Assembly (NCBI GenBank): GCA_964488095.1
Contig: CAZATP010000014.1
Coordinates: 6,553 to 70,552, forward strand
Source of the DNA: an uncultured Chryseobacterium sp.
GTDB lineage: Bacteria; Bacteroidota; Bacteroidia; UBA10329
DNA length: 64,000 nt
Direction of reading: 5' to 3'
Part shown: positions 20,937 to 29,232 of the stretch, one piece after another
Numbering within the stretch: the stretch's first letter is position 1
How the letters are laid out: the number at the start of each line of letters is the position of its first letter
Program-made: the position numbers and the translations under genes
The notes under the pieces: generated by a model
What the model was told of the DNA's origin: nothing
What the model saw: the letters and a program-made list of their open reading frames with translations, nothing else
The model's database searches: none

Positions 20937-23573
20937 CTACAAAACGGACGATGCTGCAGCTATGGCCGCATCCAGTCCGCTTTCATCGGTGCCGCCAGCG
21001 GTGGCATAGAACGCCTGTCCTCCGCCCCCGCCCTTGATATGCTTGGCGAGTTCGCGAACAACCTTACCGGCATCCAATCCTTTCTCCTTCAACAACTGCT
21101 CACCGATGGCGACATGCAGCGTGGGCTTGCCGCTGCTCACAGTGCCCAGCACCGCAAAGATGTCGGGAATCTCCTTAAATTGGAAGCAGAGGTTCTTGAG
21201 GGCATTGGCATCGTTGAGCGACACACGCTGCGCGATGAGACGATAGCCGTCCTTCTGCAAGGCTTTGCCCAAAAGCTCATCCTTAAGTCCGGCCGCAGCC
21301 TTGGCATTGAAACTCTCCAACTGCTGTTGCAATTCCTTATTCTTAGCAATGAGCTGCTCCACCGCCTTCATCGGATCTGGCGATTTCAACACATTTTTCA
21401 GCTCGGCCACCTTGCGTTCGGCATCATTCAGCACGGTGAGGGCTTTCATCCCTGTCACTGCCTCTATTCTACGAATGCCAGCTGCCACAGATGCCTCTGA
21501 CACAATCTTGAACAGGCCTATCTCGCCTGTGGCAGAGACGTGCGTCCCTCCGCACAGTTCCACAGAAAGGCTACGGTCGAATGCGATCACCCGCACGTTA
21601 TCACCATATTTCTCTCCGAAGAGGGCCATTGCTCCCATGGCCTTGGCCTCCTCGATAGGCATATCTCGGAATTCTTCCAGCACGATATTGGACTGGATAT
21701 CCAGATTCACATCCCGCTCTATTCGGGTAATCTCATCCTCTGTCAGTTTGGAGAAATGGGAGAAATCGAAGCGCAGACAATCACTGTTCACAAGCGACCC
21801 CTTCTGCTCCACGTGTGTGCCCAAGTGCTCTCGCAAGGCGGCATGAAGCAGGTGTGTGGCAGAGTGGTTGCGTTGGGTGTCTCCACGCTTGACAAAATCG
21901 ACCTCGGCATGAATGATTCCAGATGGATCCGAGGGCAGGGCATCGCAATGAAGCACCGCAAGGTTGTTTTCTTTGGTAGTGTTGAACACTTCCACGAATT
22001 TCATGTCGCGGATGAAACCCGGGTAGTCTTCCTTGGCGTTGCAAAGCACCCCCACGTCCCCCACCTGACCGCCACCCTCCGCATAGAACGGGTTCTTCTC
22101 CAGAACGACCTGATAGAACTCCTTACCCTTGCTCTTCACCTTACGGTAGCGCAGCATCCGGGTGAAAGATTCGTCCTCTTCGTAACCAATGAACTCACTT
22201 TCACCTTCGTGAACAATCACCCAATCACTGTTGTCGGTGACCGCAACAGCCCGTGAGCGGGTCTTCTGCTCAGCAAGTCCTTTCTGGAAACCTTCGCTGT
22301 CAACGGTCAGTCCACGCTCTCTGGCCATCAGTTCCGTGAGGTCGATGGGGAATCCGAAGGTGTCATACAAATCGAACGCGAATTGCCCGTCCACCACCTT
22401 GCCGCTCATTCCATCCACATGCGCATTGAAACGCTCGATACCTTTCGAAAGTGTGCGGAGGAAGGACTGTTCCTCCTCTTGGATCACCTTCTCCACTAGC
22501 TTTTGCTGCGCCTTTATCTCAGGGAAGAACGGCCCCATCTGCTCTGCGAGAACGGCCACAAGCCTATGCATGAACGGCTCGTGCACATTCAGGAAACTGT
22601 AGCCGTAGCGGATGGCCCTGCGCAGGATGCGCCTGATTACGTAGCCCGCACCGTTATTGGCGGGCAACTGCCCATCGGCTATGGCGAAACTCACCGCGCG
22701 TATGTGGTCGGAAATGACGCGGATGGCGATATCCTGCTTGCTGTCAGTGGATGTGTAGGGAACTTTTGTAATCTCTGAGATGGCTGCGATGATGGGCGAA
22801 AAGACATCAGTGTCGTAGTTCGAGGTCTTGCCCTGCAACGCCATGCACAGCCGCTCGAAGCCCATGCCCGTGTCCACGTGTTTGGACGGCAGAGACTCGA
22901 GCGAACCATCGGCCTTGCGGTTGAATTGGATGAAAACGAGGTTCCAGATCTCCACCACCTGCGGATGGTCGTTGTTCACCAGCTCACGGCCAGGCACTTT
23001 GGCCCGTTCGGCACTCGATCGGAGGTCCACATGAATCTCTGTGCACGGTCCGCAGGGTCCCTGATCACCCATTTCCCAGAAGTTGTCCTTCTTGCTGGCG
23101 CGCAGAATGCGTTCCGCAGGCAGATACTGCTTCCAAAGTTCCTCGGCCTCCGTATCAGCAGGCAGGTTGTCCGCATCGTCTCCTTTGAAGACCGTGGAAT
23201 ACAGACGGTCGGGGTCGAGTCCATAGACCTTTACCAATAGCTCCCATGCCCAATCGATAGCGTCCTTCTTGAAGTAGTCACCGAAGCTCCAGTTGCCAAG
23301 CATCTCGAACATGGTGTGGTGGTAGGTGTCCACGCCTACCTCCTCCAGGTCATTGTGCTTGCCACTGACTCGCAAACATTTCTGAGTGTCTGCAATGCGG
23401 GTGTCCTTCGCGGGGCGGTTGCCCAAGAAGATGTCCTTGAACTGGTTCATCCCCGCATTGGTGAACATCAGCGTAGGATCGTCCTTCACCACAAGAGGCG
23501 CGCTCGGCACAATGGCATGGCCCTTTTCCTTGAAGAAATCGAGAAAGGTCTGGCGGATATTCTGAGAGGTCAT
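20937..23573 (-). CDS. alaS: Alanine--tRNA ligase
   Basis: MTSQNIRQTFLDFFKEKGH N-terminus, class-II core, editing-domain HxxxH (HSATHLLH) and a C-terminal DHHA1-like tail. The start was chosen at Met167 of the six-frame ORF (atg at 23573-23571, minus strand). The upstream extension has no AlaRS similarity. Confidence 0.9.
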   Translation of the reverse strand: MTSQNIRQTFLDFFKEKGHAIVPSAPLVVKDDPTLMFTNAGMNQFKDIFLGNRPAKDTRIADTQKCLRVSGKHNDLEEVGVDTYHHTMFEMLGNWSFGDYFKKDAIDWAWELLVKVYGLDPDRLYSTVFKGDDADNLPADTEAEELWKQYLPAERILRASKKDNFWEMGDQGPCGPCTEIHVDLRSSAERAKVPGRELVNNDHPQVVEIWNLVFIQFNRKADGSLESLPSKHVDTGMGFERLCMALQGKTSNYDTDVFSPIIAAISEITKVPYTSTDSKQDIAIRVISDHIRAVSFAIADGQLPANNGAGYVIRRILRRAIRYGYSFLNVHEPFMHRLVAVLAEQMGPFFPEIKAQQKLVEKVIQEEEQSFLRTLSKGIERFNAHVDGMSGKVVDGQFAFDLYDTFGFPIDLTELMARERGLTVDSEGFQKGLAEQKTRSRAVAVTDNSDWVIVHEGESEFIGYEEDESFTRMLRYRKVKSKGKEFYQVVLEKNPFYAEGGGQVGDVGVLCNAKEDYPGFIRDMKFVEVFNTTKENNLAVLHCDALPSDPSGIIHAEVDFVKRGDTQRNHSATHLLHAALREHLGTHVEQKGSLVNSDCLRFDFSHFSKLTEDEITRIERDVNLDIQSNIVLEEFRDMPIEEAKAMGAMALFGEKYGDNVRVIAFDRSLSVELCGGTHVSATGEIGLFKIVSEASVAAGIRRIEAVTGMKALTVLNDAERKVAELKNVLKSPDPMKAVEQLIAKNKELQQQLESFNAKAAAGLKDELLGKALQKDGYRLIAQRVSLNDANALKNLCFQFKEIPDIFAVLGTVSSGKPTLHVAIGEQLLKEKGLDAGKVVRELAKHIKGGGGGQAFYATAGGTDESGLDAAIAAASSVL

Positions 23574-23662
23574 CTTGACTTTGTTCGGGGATAAACTTCT
23601 TAATGAATCCAAATGGGATGATGTTTCGGGGCCTGTGATTTTCGATTTAGCTACTTTCGCCC

Positions 23663-23687
23663 GGCCACCCTTTCCCAAAGGGTGGCC
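23663..23687. promoter_or_regulatory. Perfect palindrome in the alaS / M23-peptidase divergent promoter region
   Basis: ggccacccttt-ccc-aaagggtggcc, 11-bp arms with no mismatch. Extended by outer arms ctacttt / aaagtag. Confidence 0.45.
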
Positions 23688-23708
23688 AAAAGTAGAGAAT
23701 AGCGAGGC

Positions 23709-24680
23709 ATGGGCAGGGCCAAGTACCAGTTTGACAAGCGCACACTCACCTACAAGAAGGTGACGCTCTCGGTGCAGCAGGTGCTGTGGAGGGTGCTTAG
23801 CTATGTGGCTGCAGGGGCGGTGTTCTCGGCCATAGTGCTCGTCTCGTTCACAGCATTCTTCGACAGTCCGAAAGAGAAGCAGCTCAAGCGGGAGATAGCT
23901 CAGTTGGAGCTGCAATACAAAGTGATGAACGACCGTATGATCCAGATAAATCAGGTGCTGGCGGAACTTCAGGAGAAGGATGACAACATCTACCGCGTGA
24001 TCTTTGAGGCGGAGCCCATTCCCCGCAGCATGAGGGATGCGGGTTTCGGGGGCGTGAACCGCTATCAGCACCTCGATGCGTTCACCAACACGGAACTGAT
24101 AAAGGAGACGGCCGTGCGGTTGGACCGCCTTACCAAGAAGATGGTGGTGCAGTCGCGTTCATTCGATGAGGTGATAGAACTGGCCAAAGGAAAGGCGCAG
24201 CTTTTGGCAAGCATCCCGGCCATTCAGCCCGTGAGCAATGATAAGCTGACACGAATCGCTTCGGGCTTCAACTATCGGGTACATCCCATCTACAAGATCA
24301 TGCACTTCCATACGGGAATCGACTTCACCGCGCCCATGGGCACTGAGATATTCGCCACAGGCGATGGCAAGGTGACCGCAGTTGAGCGCGAGAGCCGAGG
24401 CTACGGTAATCACGTGGTAATCAACCACGGGTTCGGGTATGAGACCCTCTATGCCCACATGAGCCGCTTCAAGGTGAGCGTGGGTGAGAAAGTGAAACGC
24501 GGAGACGTCATCGGTTACATCGGCAGCACCGGCACCAGCACCGCACCGCACCTGCACTATGAGGTCATCAAGAACGGAGAGAAGATCAACCCGATCAACT
24601 TCTTCTTCAACGACCTGACAGCCGAGGAGTATGACAAGGTGGTTGAACTGAGTTCACGCTCCAACCAGTCGTTCGACTGA
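23709..24680 (+). CDS. M23-family metallopeptidase (LytM-like) with N-terminal TM anchor and coiled coil
   Basis: HTGIDF...GYGNHVVINHGFGYETLYAHM...HLHYEV, the M23 HxxxD / HxH signature. Confidence 0.8.
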   Translation: MGRAKYQFDKRTLTYKKVTLSVQQVLWRVLSYVAAGAVFSAIVLVSFTAFFDSPKEKQLKREIAQLELQYKVMNDRMIQINQVLAELQEKDDNIYRVIFEAEPIPRSMRDAGFGGVNRYQHLDAFTNTELIKETAVRLDRLTKKMVVQSRSFDEVIELAKGKAQLLASIPAIQPVSNDKLTRIASGFNYRVHPIYKIMHFHTGIDFTAPMGTEIFATGDGKVTAVERESRGYGNHVVINHGFGYETLYAHMSRFKVSVGEKVKRGDVIGYIGSTGTSTAPHLHYEVIKNGEKINPINFFFNDLTAEEYDKVVELSSRSNQSFD

Positions 24681-24775
24681 TGACGAAGACCTATGGCAAG
24701 TGCTGACCACGTGCATTGAACTGATTCTGCGATTATTTTCGTCCATCGCTTCCGCTTAACCTCAACCCCTCACGC

Positions 24776-25114
24776 ATGGCACCCTACAAGGAAAAGGAAA
24801 TCACCAAGATGTATTGGACCATCGGTGAGGTGGCCACGATGTTCAATGTGAACACCTCGCTCATCCGTTTCTGGGAAAAGGAGTTTGACATCCTGCAACC
24901 GAAGAAGAACAAGAAAGGCAACCGTCTTTTCACGGAGAAGGACCTGGAGAATCTCAAGTTGATCCATCATCTGGTGAAAGAGCGAGGGTTCACCCTTGCA
25001 GGCGCCAAGAAGAAAATGACGGAAAACCGCACCGACACGGTGAACACCACCGAAGTGGTGGCCCGGCTCAAGGAGATCCGCGGGTTCCTTGTTGAACTTC
25101 GGGACAATCTATGA
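24776..25114 (+). CDS. MerR-family transcriptional regulator
   Basis: YWTIGEVATMFNVNTSLIRFWEKEF helix-turn-helix typical of MerR. Confidence 0.7.
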   Translation: MAPYKEKEITKMYWTIGEVATMFNVNTSLIRFWEKEFDILQPKKNKKGNRLFTEKDLENLKLIHHLVKERGFTLAGAKKKMTENRTDTVNTTEVVARLKEIRGFLVELRDNL

Positions 25115-26674
25115 CGCTTGAGGCCTCGACCCAAGGCCCGACTTCTCCCTCACTACCTCCGCGAAATTCCTTCCGCTCACCTTGGCCTCCGCCCATGAGA
25201 CGAAGTCGAAGTATTCGAAGGCGTTCTTTTCGAGCGGGTCGCTCTTCAGGTCTTTCACCTTGTCCAAGAAGACCTGATAGTAGCCTCGTTCAGAGTTCAC
25301 ATCGCCCGTCTTCAGAAGCTTTGCAGTGAGCTCGAGGAAGGATGCCTCGAACTTGAAATAGCGGTTGCGGGTGCTCAGATACCGTTGCGTGTTTCGCAAG
25401 GCGTAAGGCAACAGGTCCTTGGACTCACGCTCGATGTGAATGAGCAGGTTCAGCAATTGACCGAAACAGTAGATATCAAGACTCTTGCTGATGTCAATGT
25501 CATTCAGCAGGCGGTTGGTCCATCGAAGGGCATCATTGTAACGGCCTGCACCGAAATAAATGATGGCGATATTGAAGAAGAAGAACGCCTTGCGCACGCT
25601 GTTCAGCTTGTGGTCATAGAGCATCAGACCGTTCTCGATCTGCGGAATGAGCTCCAGCCCTTTCTCAAAATCACCTGTCAGATAATAGATGGTCAGCTCA
25701 ATACTGTTGGCCGATGAGAACAGCTTGATCTCCAGGTCCTCATTGTTCTTGATCTCCAATGTCTCAGGCAGTTCTCGCAGTTTTTTGAGATAGCGGAACA
25801 CCTCATCATACTTCTGCAACTGACTGGCGATGTAGACAATGTTGGTCAGCACCGAGAAATAGACGTTCGGTTCCTCACTGAACTTGTCAAGATTGGCCTC
25901 GATGTGATTCACATTGGCCTCCAGATACCTGTAGGAATTGGCATGGTCACCCACCCCGAAATAGTAGGCGCTATAAATGTGATTATAGAGATACTCCGAC
26001 TCGTGGAAAAGATGGTCGGGGTTGCGGTCCAACAGCGTTCCATCAATGATGCTCTTGAGCTGAAGCAGTCCTTCCTCGGTGCGGGCCTTGCCCTTTCGGT
26101 TCAGAATATGGAAAAGGCGGCTCTTTATGCCCCAGAAGTCGTTGTAGACCTCAATAAGCTTGATGATGCGCTGGTTCTCGGCCATCATCCCTTCCAGCTC
26201 GCTCTCGCCCACATTCTCATAGTTGTCCTTCTCTATGAGCATCTTCTCCCACATGAATATCTCCAGTAGCGAAGTGTGTTTGTCATACTGGTAGGCCAGT
26301 TTCTTGGCGCCCTCCAATAGTTTCATGGCCTGCTGGTAGAGCGTCTTCTTGTATAGGATCTCCACGAAATGAAGAGTCCTCTTCAGTTGCGCATCTATCG
26401 AACTGTTGGCATGATAGGCATCCAGCGCCCGAAGGATGGCATCATAGAGCCGGGCCTTGGCGATGGGGAGCGAACTGGAGATGTCCTTGCTCTTCATCAC
26501 CGCCAGCAGCTGGTCCTCGTCATACGCCTCCATGGCATCAATGGCATCGAACAGGACGTTGTAGCTGTTCTTGTCAGTCCCGTGCTTGCCCACGTGCAGT
26601 CTGAAATAGCGTTTCTCGGCCCTTGTAAGGGACCGGATGAGCTGAAATACTTTTTCGGAAGTTTGCTTGGACAT
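25109..26674 (-). CDS. Hypothetical all-helical cytoplasmic protein (521 aa)
   Basis: Long ORF, helical repeat-like composition, no recognised catalytic motif. Its 3' end overlaps the merR-like gene. Confidence 0.5.
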   Translation of the reverse strand: MSKQTSEKVFQLIRSLTRAEKRYFRLHVGKHGTDKNSYNVLFDAIDAMEAYDEDQLLAVMKSKDISSSLPIAKARLYDAILRALDAYHANSSIDAQLKRTLHFVEILYKKTLYQQAMKLLEGAKKLAYQYDKHTSLLEIFMWEKMLIEKDNYENVGESELEGMMAENQRIIKLIEVYNDFWGIKSRLFHILNRKGKARTEEGLLQLKSIIDGTLLDRNPDHLFHESEYLYNHIYSAYYFGVGDHANSYRYLEANVNHIEANLDKFSEEPNVYFSVLTNIVYIASQLQKYDEVFRYLKKLRELPETLEIKNNEDLEIKLFSSANSIELTIYYLTGDFEKGLELIPQIENGLMLYDHKLNSVRKAFFFFNIAIIYFGAGRYNDALRWTNRLLNDIDISKSLDIYCFGQLLNLLIHIERESKDLLPYALRNTQRYLSTRNRYFKFEASFLELTAKLLKTGDVNSERGYYQVFLDKVKDLKSDPLEKNAFEYFDFVSWAEAKVSGRNFAEVVREKSGLGSRPQAS

Positions 26675-27196
26675 GTAACTTATAGTTGAATTATTGTTCG
26701 GGGATGAAGGCTCAGAACTGTAATCATGAGGGCTTGGAAATGTCGTGAAGAACAGGCGGCCAATCGGCTGAGATTGCCCTGTGAATGCCGAACTCCCACT
26801 CTTACACCCCGCTCTGGAATTGAACTATAACAAATACAAGGTAAGCATTAGTCCTGACCTGAACATCACCCAAAGCGCCCTGATATCGGCCCATGTCAGA
26901 CCCTTAGAACTGTAATTTATGCATAGAAGTTGTAAATCGGTCTGAACTGATATTTATGAGAGTCGAATAAAACACACAATTTATTGTTTTTCAATTACTT
27001 AAAACTAATTATACATTCAAAGTCATCATTTGGAATGGATATCAAGTCCCACTCTTTCGTTTGCACGGCCCGTACCCTGTGTGTAATTTCACGTCACCAA
27101 ATCGGGAAGGACACCTCAGCAGTTCTGTCCTCACGATTCATTGACAATACGCAGTCGAACTGGAATTAAGTGCACATCCTATAAATAAGGCCTACC

Positions 27197-27676
27197 ATGA
27201 AACAACTCTACTCCTCCTCCATGATGAAAGGTCAGATCCTTTTGAAGGCAGCCGCAGTGGTTGCACTTGTTATGGTCTGGATACTGATTGACAAGGGCAA
27301 CGCGCTCGGTCAGGAGTCCAACATAGTCAGGCAGTCTGTCAAACATGCGCAGCAGACGACTGGAAGTGCAACACCCTTGCTACGCGATGGCAGTCGCGAT
27401 GGTGGCATTGGGGAGGATGGCGAGGACGGTTCGGGCGACTTCAGCGTGTTCCCCAACCCGGTGAAGGACGATGCCGTTTTTGACTTCGGATTCACGGTTC
27501 GGGGAGAATTGCCCTACCAGATCACGGATGCCTTGGGCAGATTGGTCGATCAAGGCACTTTCGTCCCAGACCTCAAACGTCAGACGGTCGATTTCTCCCG
27601 CTACAGAACAGGAATGTATCTGGTGCGCGTTCAGATGGGCAACAAGGCCGTGGTGAAGCGCATCATCAAGCAATAA
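27197..27676 (+). CDS. Mini T9SS substrate: signal peptide plus a Por_Secre_tail-type CTD only
   Basis: C-terminal 75 aa match the type-A CTD (VFPNPVKD...YQITDALGRLV...GMYLVRVQ...KRIIKQ). Only about 50 aa lie between the signal peptide and the CTD. Confidence 0.65.
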   Translation: MKQLYSSSMMKGQILLKAAAVVALVMVWILIDKGNALGQESNIVRQSVKHAQQTTGSATPLLRDGSRDGGIGEDGEDGSGDFSVFPNPVKDDAVFDFGFTVRGELPYQITDALGRLVDQGTFVPDLKRQTVDFSRYRTGMYLVRVQMGNKAVVKRIIKQ

Positions 27677-27802
27677 TTCTCTCCCAATTTCCTGTGCATC
27701 AGGTTTCACCCCCGCTTGGCAGAGCGGAGGGCAGGGAGTCTACACGCGTTCTTTGACATACTGGTAAGAAGACAGAATGGCCCCAAAGGCCCTGTCCGTC
27801 CG

Positions 27803-28768
27803 TCAGAAAAAGGCACCTTTCGAAAGGTATCCGGTCACGTAATCGTTCACGCCTTCCTCCAAGGAATGGAATGGACGTCCGTAACCGATGCCCCGCAGCT
27901 TGGCCATGTTGGCCTCGGTGTAATATTGGTACTTGTCTCTGATGTCGGCCGGGGTATCAACAAAATGGATGTCCTCTGCCCTGCCCATGGCCGCAAAGGT
28001 GGCCTGGGCCAGGCTTAGGAAGGTGCGGGCTGTGCCCGTGCCGAGGTTGTAGATGCCATTGTTCCCACGGTTCTCCATGAGGAACAGGCAGACATCGACC
28101 ACATCCTTCACATAGATGAAGTCCCGCAACTGCTCACCGTCTCGATAGTCGGGATGGTGAGAGCGGAAGAGTCTGAGCGCCCCGGAATCGCGAATCTGGT
28201 TGTAGGCGTGAAAGACCACGGATGCCATCCTTCCCTTGTGGTACTCGTTGGGCCCATAGACATTGAAGAACTTCAATCCCTGCCAGGACGGAGGTTGCTT
28301 CGTTTGCACTAAGGCCCACTTGTCGAATGTGTTTTTCGACTCACCGTATGGGTTCAGTGGAATGAGGTTAGGAATCACGGAATGGTTGTCCTCAAACCCC
28401 TGTTCGCCCATGCCATAGGTCGCGGCAGAAGATGCATACACAAGCGGAAGACCGAATTCGGCACAGCATTCCCAAACACGCTTCGAGAAGTCGACATTGA
28501 GGCGCTGGAAAATGCTGCGGTCGGATTCGGTGGTGTCTGTGCGGGCTCCCAAATGGAACACGAACTGCACCATGCGCTGGTTCTCGCGCAACCAAGGGAT
28601 GAAGTCATCACGATGAACCTTGGCTGTGAGCGGTTTGCCTTCGAGGTTGGGCAGCTTGTCCTCGCGGCTGAAATCATCGACAGCGACAAGGTCTGAATAA
28701 CCTGCATCACGAAGTCCTGATAGCAGGCAACTGCCTATGAAACCCGCTGCGCCTGTAACTACGATCAT
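27803..28768 (-). CDS. hldD: ADP-L-glycero-D-manno-heptose-6-epimerase
   Basis: MIVVTGAAGFIGS Rossmann motif, the YASSAATYG catalytic region and extended-SDR architecture of HldD/RfaD. The start is atg at 28768. Confidence 0.8.
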   Translation of the reverse strand: MIVVTGAAGFIGSCLLSGLRDAGYSDLVAVDDFSREDKLPNLEGKPLTAKVHRDDFIPWLRENQRMVQFVFHLGARTDTTESDRSIFQRLNVDFSKRVWECCAEFGLPLVYASSAATYGMGEQGFEDNHSVIPNLIPLNPYGESKNTFDKWALVQTKQPPSWQGLKFFNVYGPNEYHKGRMASVVFHAYNQIRDSGALRLFRSHHPDYRDGEQLRDFIYVKDVVDVCLFLMENRGNNGIYNLGTGTARTFLSLAQATFAAMGRAEDIHFVDTPADIRDKYQYYTEANMAKLRGIGYGRPFHSLEEGVNDYVTGYLSKGAFF

Positions 28769-28769
28769 T

Positions 28770-29198
28770 TCAGTTGGTGATCCACAGCACGTTGCCGTTG
28801 AATGAGGTGTTGTACTGCAGCAGTCCCAAGGCTGCCGGTCCTTCCGTTGGCGACCCGTCCACGATAAGGAACTTGGAGTCACAGCATTCGGTGCACACCG
28901 CAAAGATGTCGGTGTCATCCATGGTTACACGGCAACCCTCCTGCGGCATGAAAGTGCAATGGCGGTCGTAGGCCCTGAACTCATCAGGCGATGCCCGGTA
29001 GATGATGATGCCGCGCGAACCGCCCGTTATGGAAACAAAGCCACCAACGGCCTGCAGGGCAACGAAATCCGGATTGGAGACTACGATCTGAAAGTTCACC
29101 GGGGCATAGGGAATGCCCGTAGTGTTCACGTTCTCGCAAGAGATAATCGTGGTCATCGCCAAAATGAACAGCAATGCTCGTGTGTTCCAACGGTCCAT
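28770..29198 (-). CDS. Cys-rich lipoprotein of unknown function, co-transcribed with hldD
   Basis: Lipobox IISC and a CTECCDSKF cysteine cluster. Its stop codon lies 2 nt upstream of the hldD start. Confidence 0.5.
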   Translation of the reverse strand: MDRWNTRALLFILAMTTIISCENVNTTGIPYAPVNFQIVVSNPDFVALQAVGGFVSITGGSRGIIIYRASPDEFRAYDRHCTFMPQEGCRVTMDDTDIFAVCTECCDSKFLIVDGSPTEGPAALGLLQYNTSFNGNVLWITN

Positions 29199-29232
29199 GA
29201 GCGCAAAGGTAGTCCCCTTACCTTCGCCCGCC

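Noticed and set aside
21034-23594. Several 150-240-aa plus-strand ORFs inside alaS
   Set aside because: They are antisense to a well-supported alaS reading frame and have no recognisable motifs.
23574-24071. 166-codon N-terminal extension of the alaS ORF
   Set aside because: The extension has no AlaRS similarity. The conserved AlaRS N-terminus begins at the internal Met (MTSQNIRQTFLDFF). The extension would also overlap the divergent M23 peptidase gene.
26984-27169. 61-aa ORF in the AT-rich intergenic region upstream of the CTD-only gene
   Set aside because: Its composition matches the AT-rich non-coding stretch. It has no signal of real coding (no RBS-like context) and a hydrophobic low-complexity translation.
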